From a virus (taxonomy: Duplodnaviria > Caudoviricetes): 64,000 nucleotides of DNA. The DNA is taken from positions 1 through 64,000 of IMG/VR virus record IMGVR_UViG_3300042350_003419, one strand, 5' to 3'. Within the stretch, counting starts at the first letter, position 1. Every line of letters begins with the position of its first letter. The position numbers and the translations under genes are program-made. The notes under the pieces were generated by a model. It was not told where the DNA came from. It did not search any database and saw only the letters and a list, made by a program, of their open reading frames with translations. Below are positions 10,163-19,376 of this stretch, piece after piece.

Positions 10163-10945
10163 ATGAACTATCTAAAGATTTATTGTAGTCTCATCAGGAA
10201 AGCAGAGAATAGAACTCCGCCTGAAGGTTACACAGAAAAGCATCATACCTTTCCTAAAAGTATCTTTGGGGACAATAGTAGAATTGTAGTACTTACGGCA
10301 AGAGAGCATTATATCGCTCACGCATTATTAGAAAAGATTTGTATTAAAAGATACGGATTAAAAGATAGAAAAACAATAAAAATGATTCACTCGCATATTT
10401 TAATGAAATCAAAAGGTAAATATTATAATTCTTATCTTTATGAAAGTGCAAGATTTAGAATATCTGAATCAAAGAAAGGTAAAAAACCATATGTTATGAC
10501 CGAGAAAACTAAAAATAAAATGAGTGAATATTCTAAAAATAGAAATGAAGAACATAAGAAAAAATTGAGCGAATCATTAAAAGGTAGAATACCTCCTAAT
10601 TATGGAAAATCACATTCTGAAGAAACTAAAAGAAAAATAAGTCAAAAAAATACAGGTAGAAAAGCATCGGAAGAAACACGAAACAAATTAAGTGAATGTA
10701 AAAAAGGTGAAAAACATTTTTTGTATGGAAAGAAAAGAGATATTGAAGTTGTAAATAAAATAGTGGAGAAAAAAAGTAAAGATTTTTCTATTATAAATCC
10801 AAAAGGTGAAATAATCTGTGGGAAAAATATAGCAGAATTTTGTAGGGAAAATGATTTAGATAAGGCAACCATATGTAATATGCTTAACCATAAAAGAGGA
10901 ATAAAATCTCATAAAGGATATCGCGCTGTCCCTCAAAATATTTGA
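10163..10945 (+). CDS. free-standing HNH homing endonuclease with NUMOD3-like repeats
   Basis: EKHHTFPKS...LTAREHYIAH; repeats such as HSEETKRKIS; TATAAATA at 10130. Confidence 0.85.
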   Translation: MNYLKIYCSLIRKAENRTPPEGYTEKHHTFPKSIFGDNSRIVVLTAREHYIAHALLEKICIKRYGLKDRKTIKMIHSHILMKSKGKYYNSYLYESARFRISESKKGKKPYVMTEKTKNKMSEYSKNRNEEHKKKLSESLKGRIPPNYGKSHSEETKRKISQKNTGRKASEETRNKLSECKKGEKHFLYGKKRDIEVVNKIVEKKSKDFSIINPKGEIICGKNIAEFCRENDLDKATICNMLNHKRGIKSHKGYRAVPQNI

Positions 10946-10970
10946 CGGCGCTTAATTTTTGTAGTATAAT
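10942..10970 (+). promoter_or_regulatory. sigma70-type promoter
   Basis: TTGACG-17-TATAAT at the end of the endonuclease gene, re-driving the uvsX operon. Confidence 0.75.
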
Positions 10971-11145
10971 CTTTTTGTAGATAGGACGGTAAAGGCAATG
11001 AACGAAACAATAGTTAGTAACAATTATTACATCAATACGATTATGAAAAACAAAACTCTAAAAATTCTTATGAGAGAACTTGAAGATGTAGAACAAAAAG
11101 CATCTAAAATTCGTACTAACATTAATAATATTTTAAACTTGAAAA

Positions 11146-11382
11146 ATGATTGAAAACAGAACACCAAAACAAATAGGAAATGATATTATCCTTTGTGATG
11201 ATGGAACACTATGGAGATGGAACACTAATTTAGGGTTTTCCTCCTATATTTCTGGATGGGAAAAATTACCTCCAATTCCAACTGATGAGGACTATGAAGT
11301 TCTTCAACAAGAAAGAATGGAAGCAGATAGAAAGTGGATAGAAAAACAAACTGAAAGAGGAGTTGCAAAAGTTTATGACTGA
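11146..11382 (+). CDS. hypothetical protein
   Basis: LCDDGTLW...WEKLPPIP. Confidence 0.55.
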   Translation: MIENRTPKQIGNDIILCDDGTLWRWNTNLGFSSYISGWEKLPPIPTDEDYEVLQQERMEADRKWIEKQTERGVAKVYD

Positions 11383-12322
11383 TTCTAAATCAAGTTTTTT
11401 ACAACAAATTATAAAAGAAATTGGTGGAGAATACACACAACTTGCTTCAGAGATTAATGAAACTGAAACTTTTGTGGATACGGGTTCGTACATTTTTAAT
11501 GCTCTTGTATCCGGCAGTATATTTGGTGGTGTATCTGGGAATAAGATTACTGCAATCGCAGGTGAGAGTTCTACGGGAAAGACTTTCTTCTCTCTTGCCG
11601 TCGTTAAAAATTTCCTTGATAATAATCCTACTGGATATTGTCTGTATTTTGATACTGAAGCAGCAATCACAAAATCCCTTCTGGAAAGTAGGGGAGTTGA
11701 CACAACTCGTTTGGTGGTTGTCAATGTCGTAACCGTAGAAGAGTTTCGTGGAAAGGCACTTAAGGCAGTTGACCTTTATATGAAGAAACCAGAAGGTGAA
11801 CGTAATCCTTGTATGTTCGTGCTAGATTCTCTAGGAATGCTCTCCACCAGCAAAGAGATTAATGATGCTTTGAATGATAAAGAAGTTCGGGATATGACTA
11901 AATCTCAACTAATTAAGGGTGCATTCCGTATGCTGACTCTTAAATTGGGTCAGGCAAAAATTCCTATGTTAGTTACTAATCATACTTATGATGTTATTGG
12001 TGCATATGTTCCTACTAAAGAAATGGGAGGTGGTTGCTTAGTTGCCGGAACTAAGATACAAACAGTAAAAGGTTCTGTTCCTATTGAATCTATTAAAGTT
12101 GGAGACAAAGTAAGAACTATGTTTGGATACTCTTATGTTGCTGATACTTTTTGTTTTAATGATAAAGAAGTGTTTGAGATGGAATTGGAGGATGGTGAAA
12201 TTGTTAAATGTAGTGCAGATCATAAATTTTTAGTGGATACTGAAAACGGTTATGAATGGAAAAAGGTAATTGATCTTTTGCCTGGAGATGCAATCAAATG
12301 CATTCCAACAATTTCAATATGA
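11375..12322 (+). CDS. uvsX: UvsX recombinase N-extein fused to split intein N-fragment (95 aa, 12035-12319)
   Basis: GESSTGKT, LDSLGML...KEMGGG, then CLVAGTKI (block A) and CSADHKF (block B), then stop. Confidence 0.93.
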   Translation: MTDSKSSFLQQIIKEIGGEYTQLASEINETETFVDTGSYIFNALVSGSIFGGVSGNKITAIAGESSTGKTFFSLAVVKNFLDNNPTGYCLYFDTEAAITKSLLESRGVDTTRLVVVNVVTVEEFRGKALKAVDLYMKKPEGERNPCMFVLDSLGMLSTSKEINDALNDKEVRDMTKSQLIKGAFRMLTLKLGQAKIPMLVTNHTYDVIGAYVPTKEMGGGCLVAGTKIQTVKGSVPIESIKVGDKVRTMFGYSYVADTFCFNDKEVFEMELEDGEIVKCSADHKFLVDTENGYEWKKVIDLLPGDAIKCIPTISI

Positions 12323-12366
12323 AAATAGGTTCTGGTCTAAATAGTAATACTTAAGACCAGAACCTA

Positions 12367-13035
12367 ATGTTTATAATAAACAAATATACAAGTTGCTACT
12401 TTCGTATTATAGAAAGAGCAAAGGAAAGAGAAATCAATGGCATTACAGAAAGGCACCACATCATTCCCAAATCATTTGGAGGTAAAAATACAAAAGATAA
12501 TTTAGTAAATTTAACTCCAAGAGAACATTTCATCTGTCATCATTTATTATTAAAGATGGTTGAGGGTGAGTATAAGAAAAAAATGTGTTATGCTTTTTAT
12601 CGTATGTGTTCTATTAATGGTAATGGAGTTAGGTGTAAGAATCTAAATTCTTATGATAGAATAAGGAGAAGTTATTCTCATTTAACTTCAGGTGAGAATA
12701 ATCCTTTCTATGGAAGAGGGCATTATGGACAAAATAATCCAATGTTTAATCCTGTTGTTCGTGAAAAACATAGACAAACTGTTTCTTCTCCAGAACATAG
12801 AAAAATGATGAGTGAAAGGATGAGTGGAGAGTCTAATCCATTCTTCAACAAAACGCACTCAGAACAAACAAAAAAAATTCTTTCGGAACTGGCATCTGAA
12901 AGAAAAGGAGAGAAGTCTCCTCGTTATGGAAAAAAACACAGGCAGGTTGTCTGTGAGCACTGTCAGAAACAAATAACATACCCAATGTATAAGAGGTGGC
13001 ATGGAACGAATTGTAAAGTCTATCAAAAAAGTTGA
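12367..13035 (+). CDS. HNH homing endonuclease lying between the uvsX halves
   Basis: [12 protein letters not shown]...[14 protein letters not shown]; GENNPFYG repeats; C-terminal CEHC. Confidence 0.88.
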   Translation: MFIINKYTSCYFRIIERAKEREINGITERHHIIPKSFGGKNTKDNLVNLTPREHFICHHLLLKMVEGEYKKKMCYAFYRMCSINGNGVRCKNLNSYDRIRRSYSHLTSGENNPFYGRGHYGQNNPMFNPVVREKHRQTVSSPEHRKMMSERMSGESNPFFNKTHSEQTKKILSELASERKGEKSPRYGKKHRQVVCEHCQKQITYPMYKRWHGTNCKVYQKS

Positions 13036-13471
13036 AACAGAAGAAGTATATGACATTACTGTGGAGGGGGAACATCATTACATACTTCATGGAGGTATTG
13101 TCTCCCACAACTCTGGTCTTAAGTATGCTGCTTCTACAATCATCTATCTCAGCAAAAAGAAAGAAAAAGAAGGGACAGAAGTCATCGGAAATATTATTAA
13201 GGCAAAGACTCATAAATCACGTTTAAGTAAGGAAAATCAAGAAGTTGAAGTTCGTCTTTATTATGACGAGCGTGGTCTTGATCGTTACTATGGTCTTCTT
13301 GAGCTTGGGGAATTGGGCGAAATGTGGAAGAATGTAGCGGGGCGATATGAAATTGATGGTAAGAAAATTTATGCCAAGGAAATTCTCAAGAACCCAGAGA
13401 AATACTTCACTGAAGAGGTAATGGAAAAACTTGATGTGATTGCTAAGGGTGAATTTTCCTATGGCGTATGA
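13001..13471 (+). CDS. uvsX: split intein C-fragment (37 aa) fused to UvsX C-extein
   Basis: [12 protein letters not shown]...VSHN|SGLKYAAS; SD-like GAGGTGG before ATG 13001. Confidence 0.93.
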   Translation: MERIVKSIKKVETEEVYDITVEGEHHYILHGGIVSHNSGLKYAASTIIYLSKKKEKEGTEVIGNIIKAKTHKSRLSKENQEVEVRLYYDERGLDRYYGLLELGELGEMWKNVAGRYEIDGKKIYAKEILKNPEKYFTEEVMEKLDVIAKGEFSYGV

Positions 13472-14013
13472 AAAACATACGCATTATAAAAACTGGTATT
13501 GATGTATCTAAAATACTAGAGCAACTTAAAGAACATCCAGAAGACTGGGGATCTCAAAAAAATATTGAAGACTCCGAGCAACTGGACCCTACAGAGTATA
13601 CCGTTACTGTAGATGTTCTACAACTCATAATGGGTGGAGTTGAAAAAGAAGACCAATATGTGGGGAATACTGAGATATGCATTAAAACTCCGGCATATGA
13701 AAAACACACGGAGATTCTTAATTACTTGGGAAAATATTTTAAGAAACTTCGTCGTTGTGGATTCCTTGCTCTTCCGGTTGGTGAAATAGTTGGTTCTCAT
13801 ATTGACGAAGGAACTTACTATCTTACAAAAGATAGATATCATCTTTCCATTCAGGGAAAATACGAGTATACTGTTGGAGATGAGACTATAATCGTTGAAC
13901 CTGGAACTCTTTTTTGGTTTAATAATAAACTGCCTCATAAGGCAGTCAATATTGGCGACAACGTTAGAATTACTTTTGTATTTGACGTTCCGCATCATAA
14001 ACGTAATCTTTAA
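13468..14013 (+). CDS. aspartyl/asparaginyl beta-hydroxylase-like 2OG-Fe(II) oxygenase (cupin)
   Basis: HIDEG...RYHLSI...WFNNKLPH...RITFVFD. Confidence 0.7.
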   Translation: MKNIRIIKTGIDVSKILEQLKEHPEDWGSQKNIEDSEQLDPTEYTVTVDVLQLIMGGVEKEDQYVGNTEICIKTPAYEKHTEILNYLGKYFKKLRRCGFLALPVGEIVGSHIDEGTYYLTKDRYHLSIQGKYEYTVGDETIIVEPGTLFWFNNKLPHKAVNIGDNVRITFVFDVPHHKRNL

Positions 14014-14021
14014 TTAAAATA

Positions 14022-14654
14022 ATGGAACGACTTGAACTTACAATTCTTAGAAACTTAATATTCAATGAAGATTATGCCAGAAAGGTCATTCCATTTATTC
14101 AACCAGAATACTATGAACAAAGAACAGAAAAAATAGTCTTTGAGGAAATTGTTGAGTTTATTGTTAAGTACGGGTCTTCAATTACCATAGAAGCACTTAA
14201 TATTGAGATTGATAATCGTAGAGATTTAACCGAATCTGAAAATAAGGAAATCTCAGAATTACTTTCCAAACTTAATGATGCTCCAGTTGATAAACAGTGG
14301 ATTCTTGATACTACCGAAAAGTGGTGTCGTGACAGAGCAATTTATCTGGCACTTATGGAATCCATTCATATTGCTGATGGAAAGGATGAAAAGAAGAATC
14401 GTGATGCCATTCCAAGTATTCTTTCGGATGCCCTAGCAGTATCTTTTGATAATAATATTGGTCACGATTATCTTCAAAATTATGAGGAACGTTATGAATT
14501 TTATCACCGTAAAGAAGATAAAATCGAATTTGATTTGGAATATTTCAACAAAATCACTAAAGGTGGTTTACCTAACAAGACTCTCAATATTGCTCTCGCT
14601 GGTTGCGTTCATCCAGAAACTAGAGTTAAAATTAGATTTAGGAAGATTTCTTGA
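14022..14654 (+). CDS. gp41: replicative helicase gp41 N-extein fused to a 16-aa intein N-fragment (14604-14651)
   Basis: TEKWCRDRA...ITKGGLPNKTLNIALAG|CVHPETRVKIRFRKIS*. Confidence 0.92.
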   Translation: MERLELTILRNLIFNEDYARKVIPFIQPEYYEQRTEKIVFEEIVEFIVKYGSSITIEALNIEIDNRRDLTESENKEISELLSKLNDAPVDKQWILDTTEKWCRDRAIYLALMESIHIADGKDEKKNRDAIPSILSDALAVSFDNNIGHDYLQNYEERYEFYHRKEDKIEFDLEYFNKITKGGLPNKTLNIALAGCVHPETRVKIRFRKIS

Positions 14655-15306
14655 TTTTGGAATTTGGTGCTGGTTCTCCAGTTCCAAACTTCCAACCTTC
14701 ATTTAGTTTTATATCAACTTCTTCTGGGGATACTCTTTTCCATCCCTTTGTTCCCGGTAAATGCATTACCTTTTTGCCTTTATGTGCTTTTCCCCCTAAT
14801 GATGCTCGTGTTTTTCTTCCTTCATTAGATGCCCAATAATTGAATTCTGTGGATGCTCTTTGTTTTCCTCCAATTGATGCTCTTTCCTTTCTGCCTTCTT
14901 CTGTGCTCCAATAATAGAAATTTTTAGTATTATTGATTAGATATTCTTGTTTTTGTATTTCTATTCCTTTTAGTCTCCAATCTTTTCTTTCTTCTACTGG
15001 GATTGAGAAGAACCCAATTTGATTATCTCTACAAAATTCTCCTATTATTTTTCTGTGTTGGGGTGTTATATTTGCCCCCAACATTTTCATAGACCTTAAA
15101 TCATTTGGATTTTTATAAATTTTCCAAAGCAAATAATGTGCTATGATATGTTCTCTTACACTTAAATAAGTGAGATTTTCTTCACTATCATCTCCCCCCA
15201 TATGTTTTGGAGTAATATGGTGTTCGTGTAACCCAGAATATTTTTTATAATTGTCTTTTCTTGACCTATTGCTTTCGCATAGATTATAATAGATTTGACT
15301 AAACAT
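14638..15306 (-). CDS. HNH homing endonuclease inserted antisense between the gp41 halves
   Basis: HEHHITPKHMGG...NLTYLSVREHIIAH; own late promoter and G-rich SD on the minus strand. Confidence 0.88.
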   Translation of the reverse strand: MFSQIYYNLCESNRSRKDNYKKYSGLHEHHITPKHMGGDDSEENLTYLSVREHIIAHYLLWKIYKNPNDLRSMKMLGANITPQHRKIIGEFCRDNQIGFFSIPVEERKDWRLKGIEIQKQEYLINNTKNFYYWSTEEGRKERASIGGKQRASTEFNYWASNEGRKTRASLGGKAHKGKKVMHLPGTKGWKRVSPEEVDIKLNEGWKFGTGEPAPNSKIKKSS

Positions 15307-15327
15307 TTCCCCTGTCCCTGCTACTAC

Positions 15328-15335
15328 TATTTATA
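15328..15335 (-). promoter_or_regulatory. T4-type late promoter for the antisense HNH gene
   Basis: plus-strand TATTTATA = minus-strand TATAAATA, ~20 nt upstream of ATG 15306. Confidence 0.7.
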
Positions 15336-15339
15336 CAAA

Positions 15340-16512
15340 ATGTGGATTGAAAAAGAAACATCAATTGCTGAAATCAAAACATTACTTGATAATGGATATG
15401 AAGTGGAGGTCGATTCTCCCGATGGATATGTTCCTGTTAATTTTTTTATTAATAAAGGAATGTACGAAGAATATAAGTTATATTTGTTAGATAATACTAA
15501 AGTAAAATGTAACGAAAGTCATTTATTTGAAACTACTGACGGATGGATTTCTGCTAAAGAAATAGAGCAATCTAATTCATATTATGAATTTATTACTAGT
15601 GATGGTATTAGAATTGGTAAGATTATTAAAACTAATAATCAAATACCTATTGTGGATATTAATGTAAATCATCCAAATCATAGGTATTATACTAATGGGG
15701 TTTCCTCCCATAATACTGGCGTTGGAAAATCTCTGTTCATGTGCCACGTTGCTAGTGCCGCGTTGCTACAGGGTAGGAACGTGCTCTACATCACTCTTGA
15801 AATGGCGGAAGAAAGAATTGCAGAAAGAATTGATGCAAACCTTCTCAATGTTCCGATTCAGCAATTGGTTGATTTGCCACGTTCGGCATTTGAGAAGAAA
15901 GTAACCGGTATTGCGAAGAAGACTCAAGGTACTTTAGTAATTAAAGAGTATCCTACTGCTTCGGCACACTCGGGGCATTTTAAGGCACTTCTAAATGAAC
16001 TTGCTCTTAAGAAATCATTCCGACCTGATATTATCTTTATTGACTATCTGAATATTTGTTCTTCGTCACGATTTAAGAGTGGTAGTAATATTAATTCTTA
16101 TACTTTGGTTAAGTCTATTGCCGAAGAACTTCGTGGTTTGGCAGTTGAGTTTAATGTGCCAATTGTGAGTGCCACACAAACGACAAGAAGCGGTTTTGGT
16201 TCTTCTGATGTTGAATTGACCGATACTTCAGAATCCTTTGGTCTTCCTGCTACTGCCGACCTTATGTTTGCTTTGATTAGCACGGAGGAACTTGAAGGTC
16301 TGGGGCAGATTATGGTCAAGCAACTTAAAAATAGATATAATGATCCAACAATCTTTAAGCGTTTTGTTGTTGGTATTGACCGTGCTAAAATGCGTCTTTA
16401 TGATTGTGAACAGTCTGCCCAAAAAGACATACTTGACAGTGGGCAGGAAGAGGAGTATAATTATGAAGAAAATAAACCAAAAAAATCATTTGAGGGATTT
16501 AAGTTTTCATGA
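15340..16512 (+). CDS. gp41: split intein C-fragment (125 aa, 15340-15714) fused to gp41 helicase C-extein
   Basis: KCNESHLF (block B)...IVDINV..HRYYTNGVSSHN|TGVGKS...FIDYLNI...SATQTTR...KQLKNRY. Confidence 0.92.
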   Translation: MWIEKETSIAEIKTLLDNGYEVEVDSPDGYVPVNFFINKGMYEEYKLYLLDNTKVKCNESHLFETTDGWISAKEIEQSNSYYEFITSDGIRIGKIIKTNNQIPIVDINVNHPNHRYYTNGVSSHNTGVGKSLFMCHVASAALLQGRNVLYITLEMAEERIAERIDANLLNVPIQQLVDLPRSAFEKKVTGIAKKTQGTLVIKEYPTASAHSGHFKALLNELALKKSFRPDIIFIDYLNICSSSRFKSGSNINSYTLVKSIAEELRGLAVEFNVPIVSATQTTRSGFGSSDVELTDTSESFGLPATADLMFALISTEELEGLGQIMVKQLKNRYNDPTIFKRFVVGIDRAKMRLYDCEQSAQKDILDSGQEEEYNYEENKPKKSFEGFKFS

Positions 16513-16919
16513 CACAACGAGTTGACTTTGATAAATATCAAAACTTTGTAGATGCCGTAACTTCTGATGCATCTAAAGATTTTCTTGCTCTGTCTGACCG
16601 TATGGTTCAGTTGGATGAGAAAGGTGCTAATATTGAACGACTTTTGACTGCTGGTGTGGGTATTAATGCCGAAGGTGGGGAATTTCTGGAAATAGTAAAA
16701 AAACTTATCTTTCAGGGGAAAAGTTGGAATGATGAGACTCGTACTCACCTGATTAAAGAACTTGGAGATACTATGTGGTATGTGGCACAAGCGTGTATTG
16801 CTCTTGATGTCTCTTTTGATGAAGTAATTCAGACCAATATTGATAAACTGATGAAGCGTTATCCAGACGGATTCTTTGATGTATATTATAGTGAAAATCG
16901 TGAAGAGGGAGACATCTGA
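16509..16919 (+). CDS. mazG: MazG nucleotide pyrophosphohydrolase
   Basis: EGGEFLEIVKK...KELGD..WY...N..KL..RYP. Confidence 0.88.
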   Translation: MTQRVDFDKYQNFVDAVTSDASKDFLALSDRMVQLDEKGANIERLLTAGVGINAEGGEFLEIVKKLIFQGKSWNDETRTHLIKELGDTMWYVAQACIALDVSFDEVIQTNIDKLMKRYPDGFFDVYYSENREEGDI

Positions 16920-17428
16920 TGACTACTTCAACTAAAAAAAGAAACAGACCAACTGTTGAACAACTTCAAGAAAAATATCCTAATTTTTCTAATGAATTTA
17001 GTAAAAATTGGAGACCTATTTTAAAAAAAGCTCTATCTGAGCAAGAAAAAAGAAATCCAAATAGTAAAGCTTTACGTGGTATTAAAGAGGTTGCTAAAAC
17101 TCATTTTTCATTCTATCTCGAAAATGATGAATGGGACAAAGTAGTTGATATAATCTCACAAAAATTTAAAAATAATAAAATGCATGAAACTTGGGATGAA
17201 TGGAGACAAAAACTTCCAAACATCTTTAAGGAGCAAAAAATTGGAAGACTTTACTTTAGTGAAACTGATGAGGGTCAAATAAAAGTGGGAACTATTGACG
17301 CATCAATTGTAGAAAGTGGATGTGCTGTTATTATTATTCAACATAATAATTTTCGTGCTGAATATTCTAATGTTCCAGTTGATGTTGCTCTCACAATTAA
17401 TTCAGAACTTTCAAAATCTCTTGCTTAA
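16919..17428 (+). CDS. hypothetical protein
   Basis: ORF coupled to mazG. Confidence 0.55.
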   Translation: MTTSTKKRNRPTVEQLQEKYPNFSNEFSKNWRPILKKALSEQEKRNPNSKALRGIKEVAKTHFSFYLENDEWDKVVDIISQKFKNNKMHETWDEWRQKLPNIFKEQKIGRLYFSETDEGQIKVGTIDASIVESGCAVIIIQHNNFRAEYSNVPVDVALTINSELSKSLA

Positions 17429-17433
17429 AACTG

Positions 17434-17610
17434 ATGACTAAATCCGTATCTATTAAAATGGATGTTCGTACTGCCGCTGCAGTTCGTCAAATTCTTTTTG
17501 AGAACCAAAAAGGTTATACTTATGATGAGGTTTCTGTTCCTCCTCGTATTAGTGATATTCGTTCTGTAATTATGGACCTTGATGAAAAGATTGGTGCTAT
17601 TGTAGAATGA
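17434..17610 (+). CDS. small hypothetical protein (MTKSVSIKMDVRTAAAVRQ...)
   Basis: read manually. Confidence 0.5.
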   Translation: MTKSVSIKMDVRTAAAVRQILFENQKGYTYDEVSVPPRISDIRSVIMDLDEKIGAIVE

Positions 17611-17669
17611 TTATATGACCGGTGCTTTGTAAGCATTTATTAGGAGAATGAATTTTATATTCTCCATAA

Positions 17670-17749
17670 GCCCAAGTGGTGAAATTGGTATACACGCATG
17701 ACTTAGGATCATGTGCTTCGGCGTGGAGGTTCGAGTCCTCTCTTGGGCA
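17670..17749 (+). tRNA. tRNA-Leu(TAG)
   Basis: cloverleaf with variable arm; CATGA-CTTAGGA-TCATG; GTTCGAGTC. Confidence 0.92.
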
Positions 17750-17775
17750 CTAAATAAAAATAAAATAAAAGAGCA

Positions 17776-19110
17776 ATGACAGACTCTGAAATATTATTGG
17801 CAGTAAATTCTGTATTGTCTGGATATGAAACTAAGGTAATTAAAACTGGACCAAAAGTAGATAAGATTAGAATAATTTCTGCACAAAGAGCAGAAGATCA
17901 GGATAATATTTCAAAACAGTTAAAAGGAAGAAGAGTTAACTTTAAAAATGAAATTGATAAAAGTGAGTCGTCATTTCCAGTAACTAAAATTGTTTTACCT
18001 AAATCAAATTCTGTAATAAAATTAATATATAAAAAGTCTGGAGGTGGTGGATCTGGCGCAGGGGCTGCTCTTACGAAATTGTCAGAATCTTCTCAGGCAT
18101 TATATGCTGCGGTAGTATTTAATGTCTTGAGAAGAGAAATGACAATTCTTGATGTTACTAAAGATAATTTTATAAAGGCATCATCTACATCGTTTATTGA
18201 TTCATCTGTTCAGAGTATAATTAATGATCTTCCTGATGATTGGATAAATTCATCTATTCTGGGGGCAAATGCTCTATATAGATATTTTAACGGTAAAGGA
18301 AAGTTCACTTTTCATAGGGGTTCTGGTGAAGTTTCTTTGATTGAATCTGCTTTTAGTAGAATTAATAAAGATGAAAAGGCATTTGGTAATTTAAATAAAT
18401 GGAGCCCAGCAGACATTTATATGATAAGTAATGGCGTCAATCTAGGAAAATTAAGTCAGGAAAGATCTTTAAGAGGTTTAAATGCTCAGATGTATGAGTA
18501 TATTAAAAATAATCAGGTTATTGGAGTATCTCTTAAAAAAATGTACGGTAGCGGAAAAATATCAAAGAAAAATTTTCCCTCAGATACTAAGGTAAATAGC
18601 GCAAAATTTTATGGGACAACTAGTAATGTAGATTCTATGGATGGGTATATTCGGTGGGGATCTCTCAATAATGAAAAGATACAGTTTAGAAGTTTTGGAG
18701 GTGAGACATCCTTGACAGGTTGGCAGGGAGAAATTAAAGGTGCATCTGCTAATCAAGGAAAAATTTCTCTTGGCCCAATTAATTTTATTTTAAGAAGACA
18801 TGGTTTATCTCAAATTCCATCTTCTACAGAGTCTGCGTCACTTGCCACAAAAAATACTATTGAGCATTGTATGAATATATCCCAGTTAATGGCATCGGAT
18901 GGAATAATTAAACCACAACAAATTGAAGATATTGCAAATCTTATACAAAAAAAATCAAATAAGTATAGATATTCAAAATATCTTGTTATGAAGTTGTTTC
19001 AAATAATTAATTCAATATCTGGGGAAATGCGAGATAGTGTAGTTCAAGATTTTTATTTGTATGCAAGTTCTCAAGCAACTTATTCTGCTCCATATTATAA
19101 ACTTGAGTGA
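17776..19110 (+). CDS. hypothetical protein, possible PD-(D/E)xK-like nuclease fold
   Basis: KWSPADIY...VIGVSLKK; CTAAATA upstream. Confidence 0.45.
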   Translation: MTDSEILLAVNSVLSGYETKVIKTGPKVDKIRIISAQRAEDQDNISKQLKGRRVNFKNEIDKSESSFPVTKIVLPKSNSVIKLIYKKSGGGGSGAGAALTKLSESSQALYAAVVFNVLRREMTILDVTKDNFIKASSTSFIDSSVQSIINDLPDDWINSSILGANALYRYFNGKGKFTFHRGSGEVSLIESAFSRINKDEKAFGNLNKWSPADIYMISNGVNLGKLSQERSLRGLNAQMYEYIKNNQVIGVSLKKMYGSGKISKKNFPSDTKVNSAKFYGTTSNVDSMDGYIRWGSLNNEKIQFRSFGGETSLTGWQGEIKGASANQGKISLGPINFILRRHGLSQIPSSTESASLATKNTIEHCMNISQLMASDGIIKPQQIEDIANLIQKKSNKYRYSKYLVMKLFQIINSISGEMRDSVVQDFYLYASSQATYSAPYYKLE

Positions 19111-19127
19111 AATAGAACTAGTTTAAT

Positions 19128-19376
19128 ATGAAAGACCTTCAATTATTTCTGAATAATATTCTTGATATTTTTACCACAAAAAAATCAATACCAAATGATG
19201 TCTTTAATGATTTTATCAAGTATTTCTATTTCACACTTGATAAGGAAATCAAATCAAATAAATCAGATTTGTTAAAGAATAAATATATTAAGATTAGAAA
19301 AAATGGTTTAAACTATATTATTGCTAATAAAGAAGCAATAATGGCGAATATTTGTAAGAAAAAATTAAGTAAGTAA
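19128..19376 (+). CDS. hypothetical protein
   Basis: AT-rich ORF coupled to the next gene. Confidence 0.45.
   Translation: MKDLQLFLNNILDIFTTKKSIPNDVFNDFIKYFYFTLDKEIKSNKSDLLKNKYIKIRKNGLNYIIANKEAIMANICKKKLSK

Noticed and set aside
15310-15321. Pairing of the array motif's GUCCCUGU with the antisense HNH leader (GCAGGGAC)
   Set aside because: Only ~8 bp, which is expected by chance in 64 kb. Not supportable without conservation data.
14655-15339. Group I intron interrupting gp41 (or uvsX at 12323-13000)
   Set aside because: No P7 (R/S) core elements were seen. The gaps are filled by HNH ORFs, and the flanks carry intein motifs.
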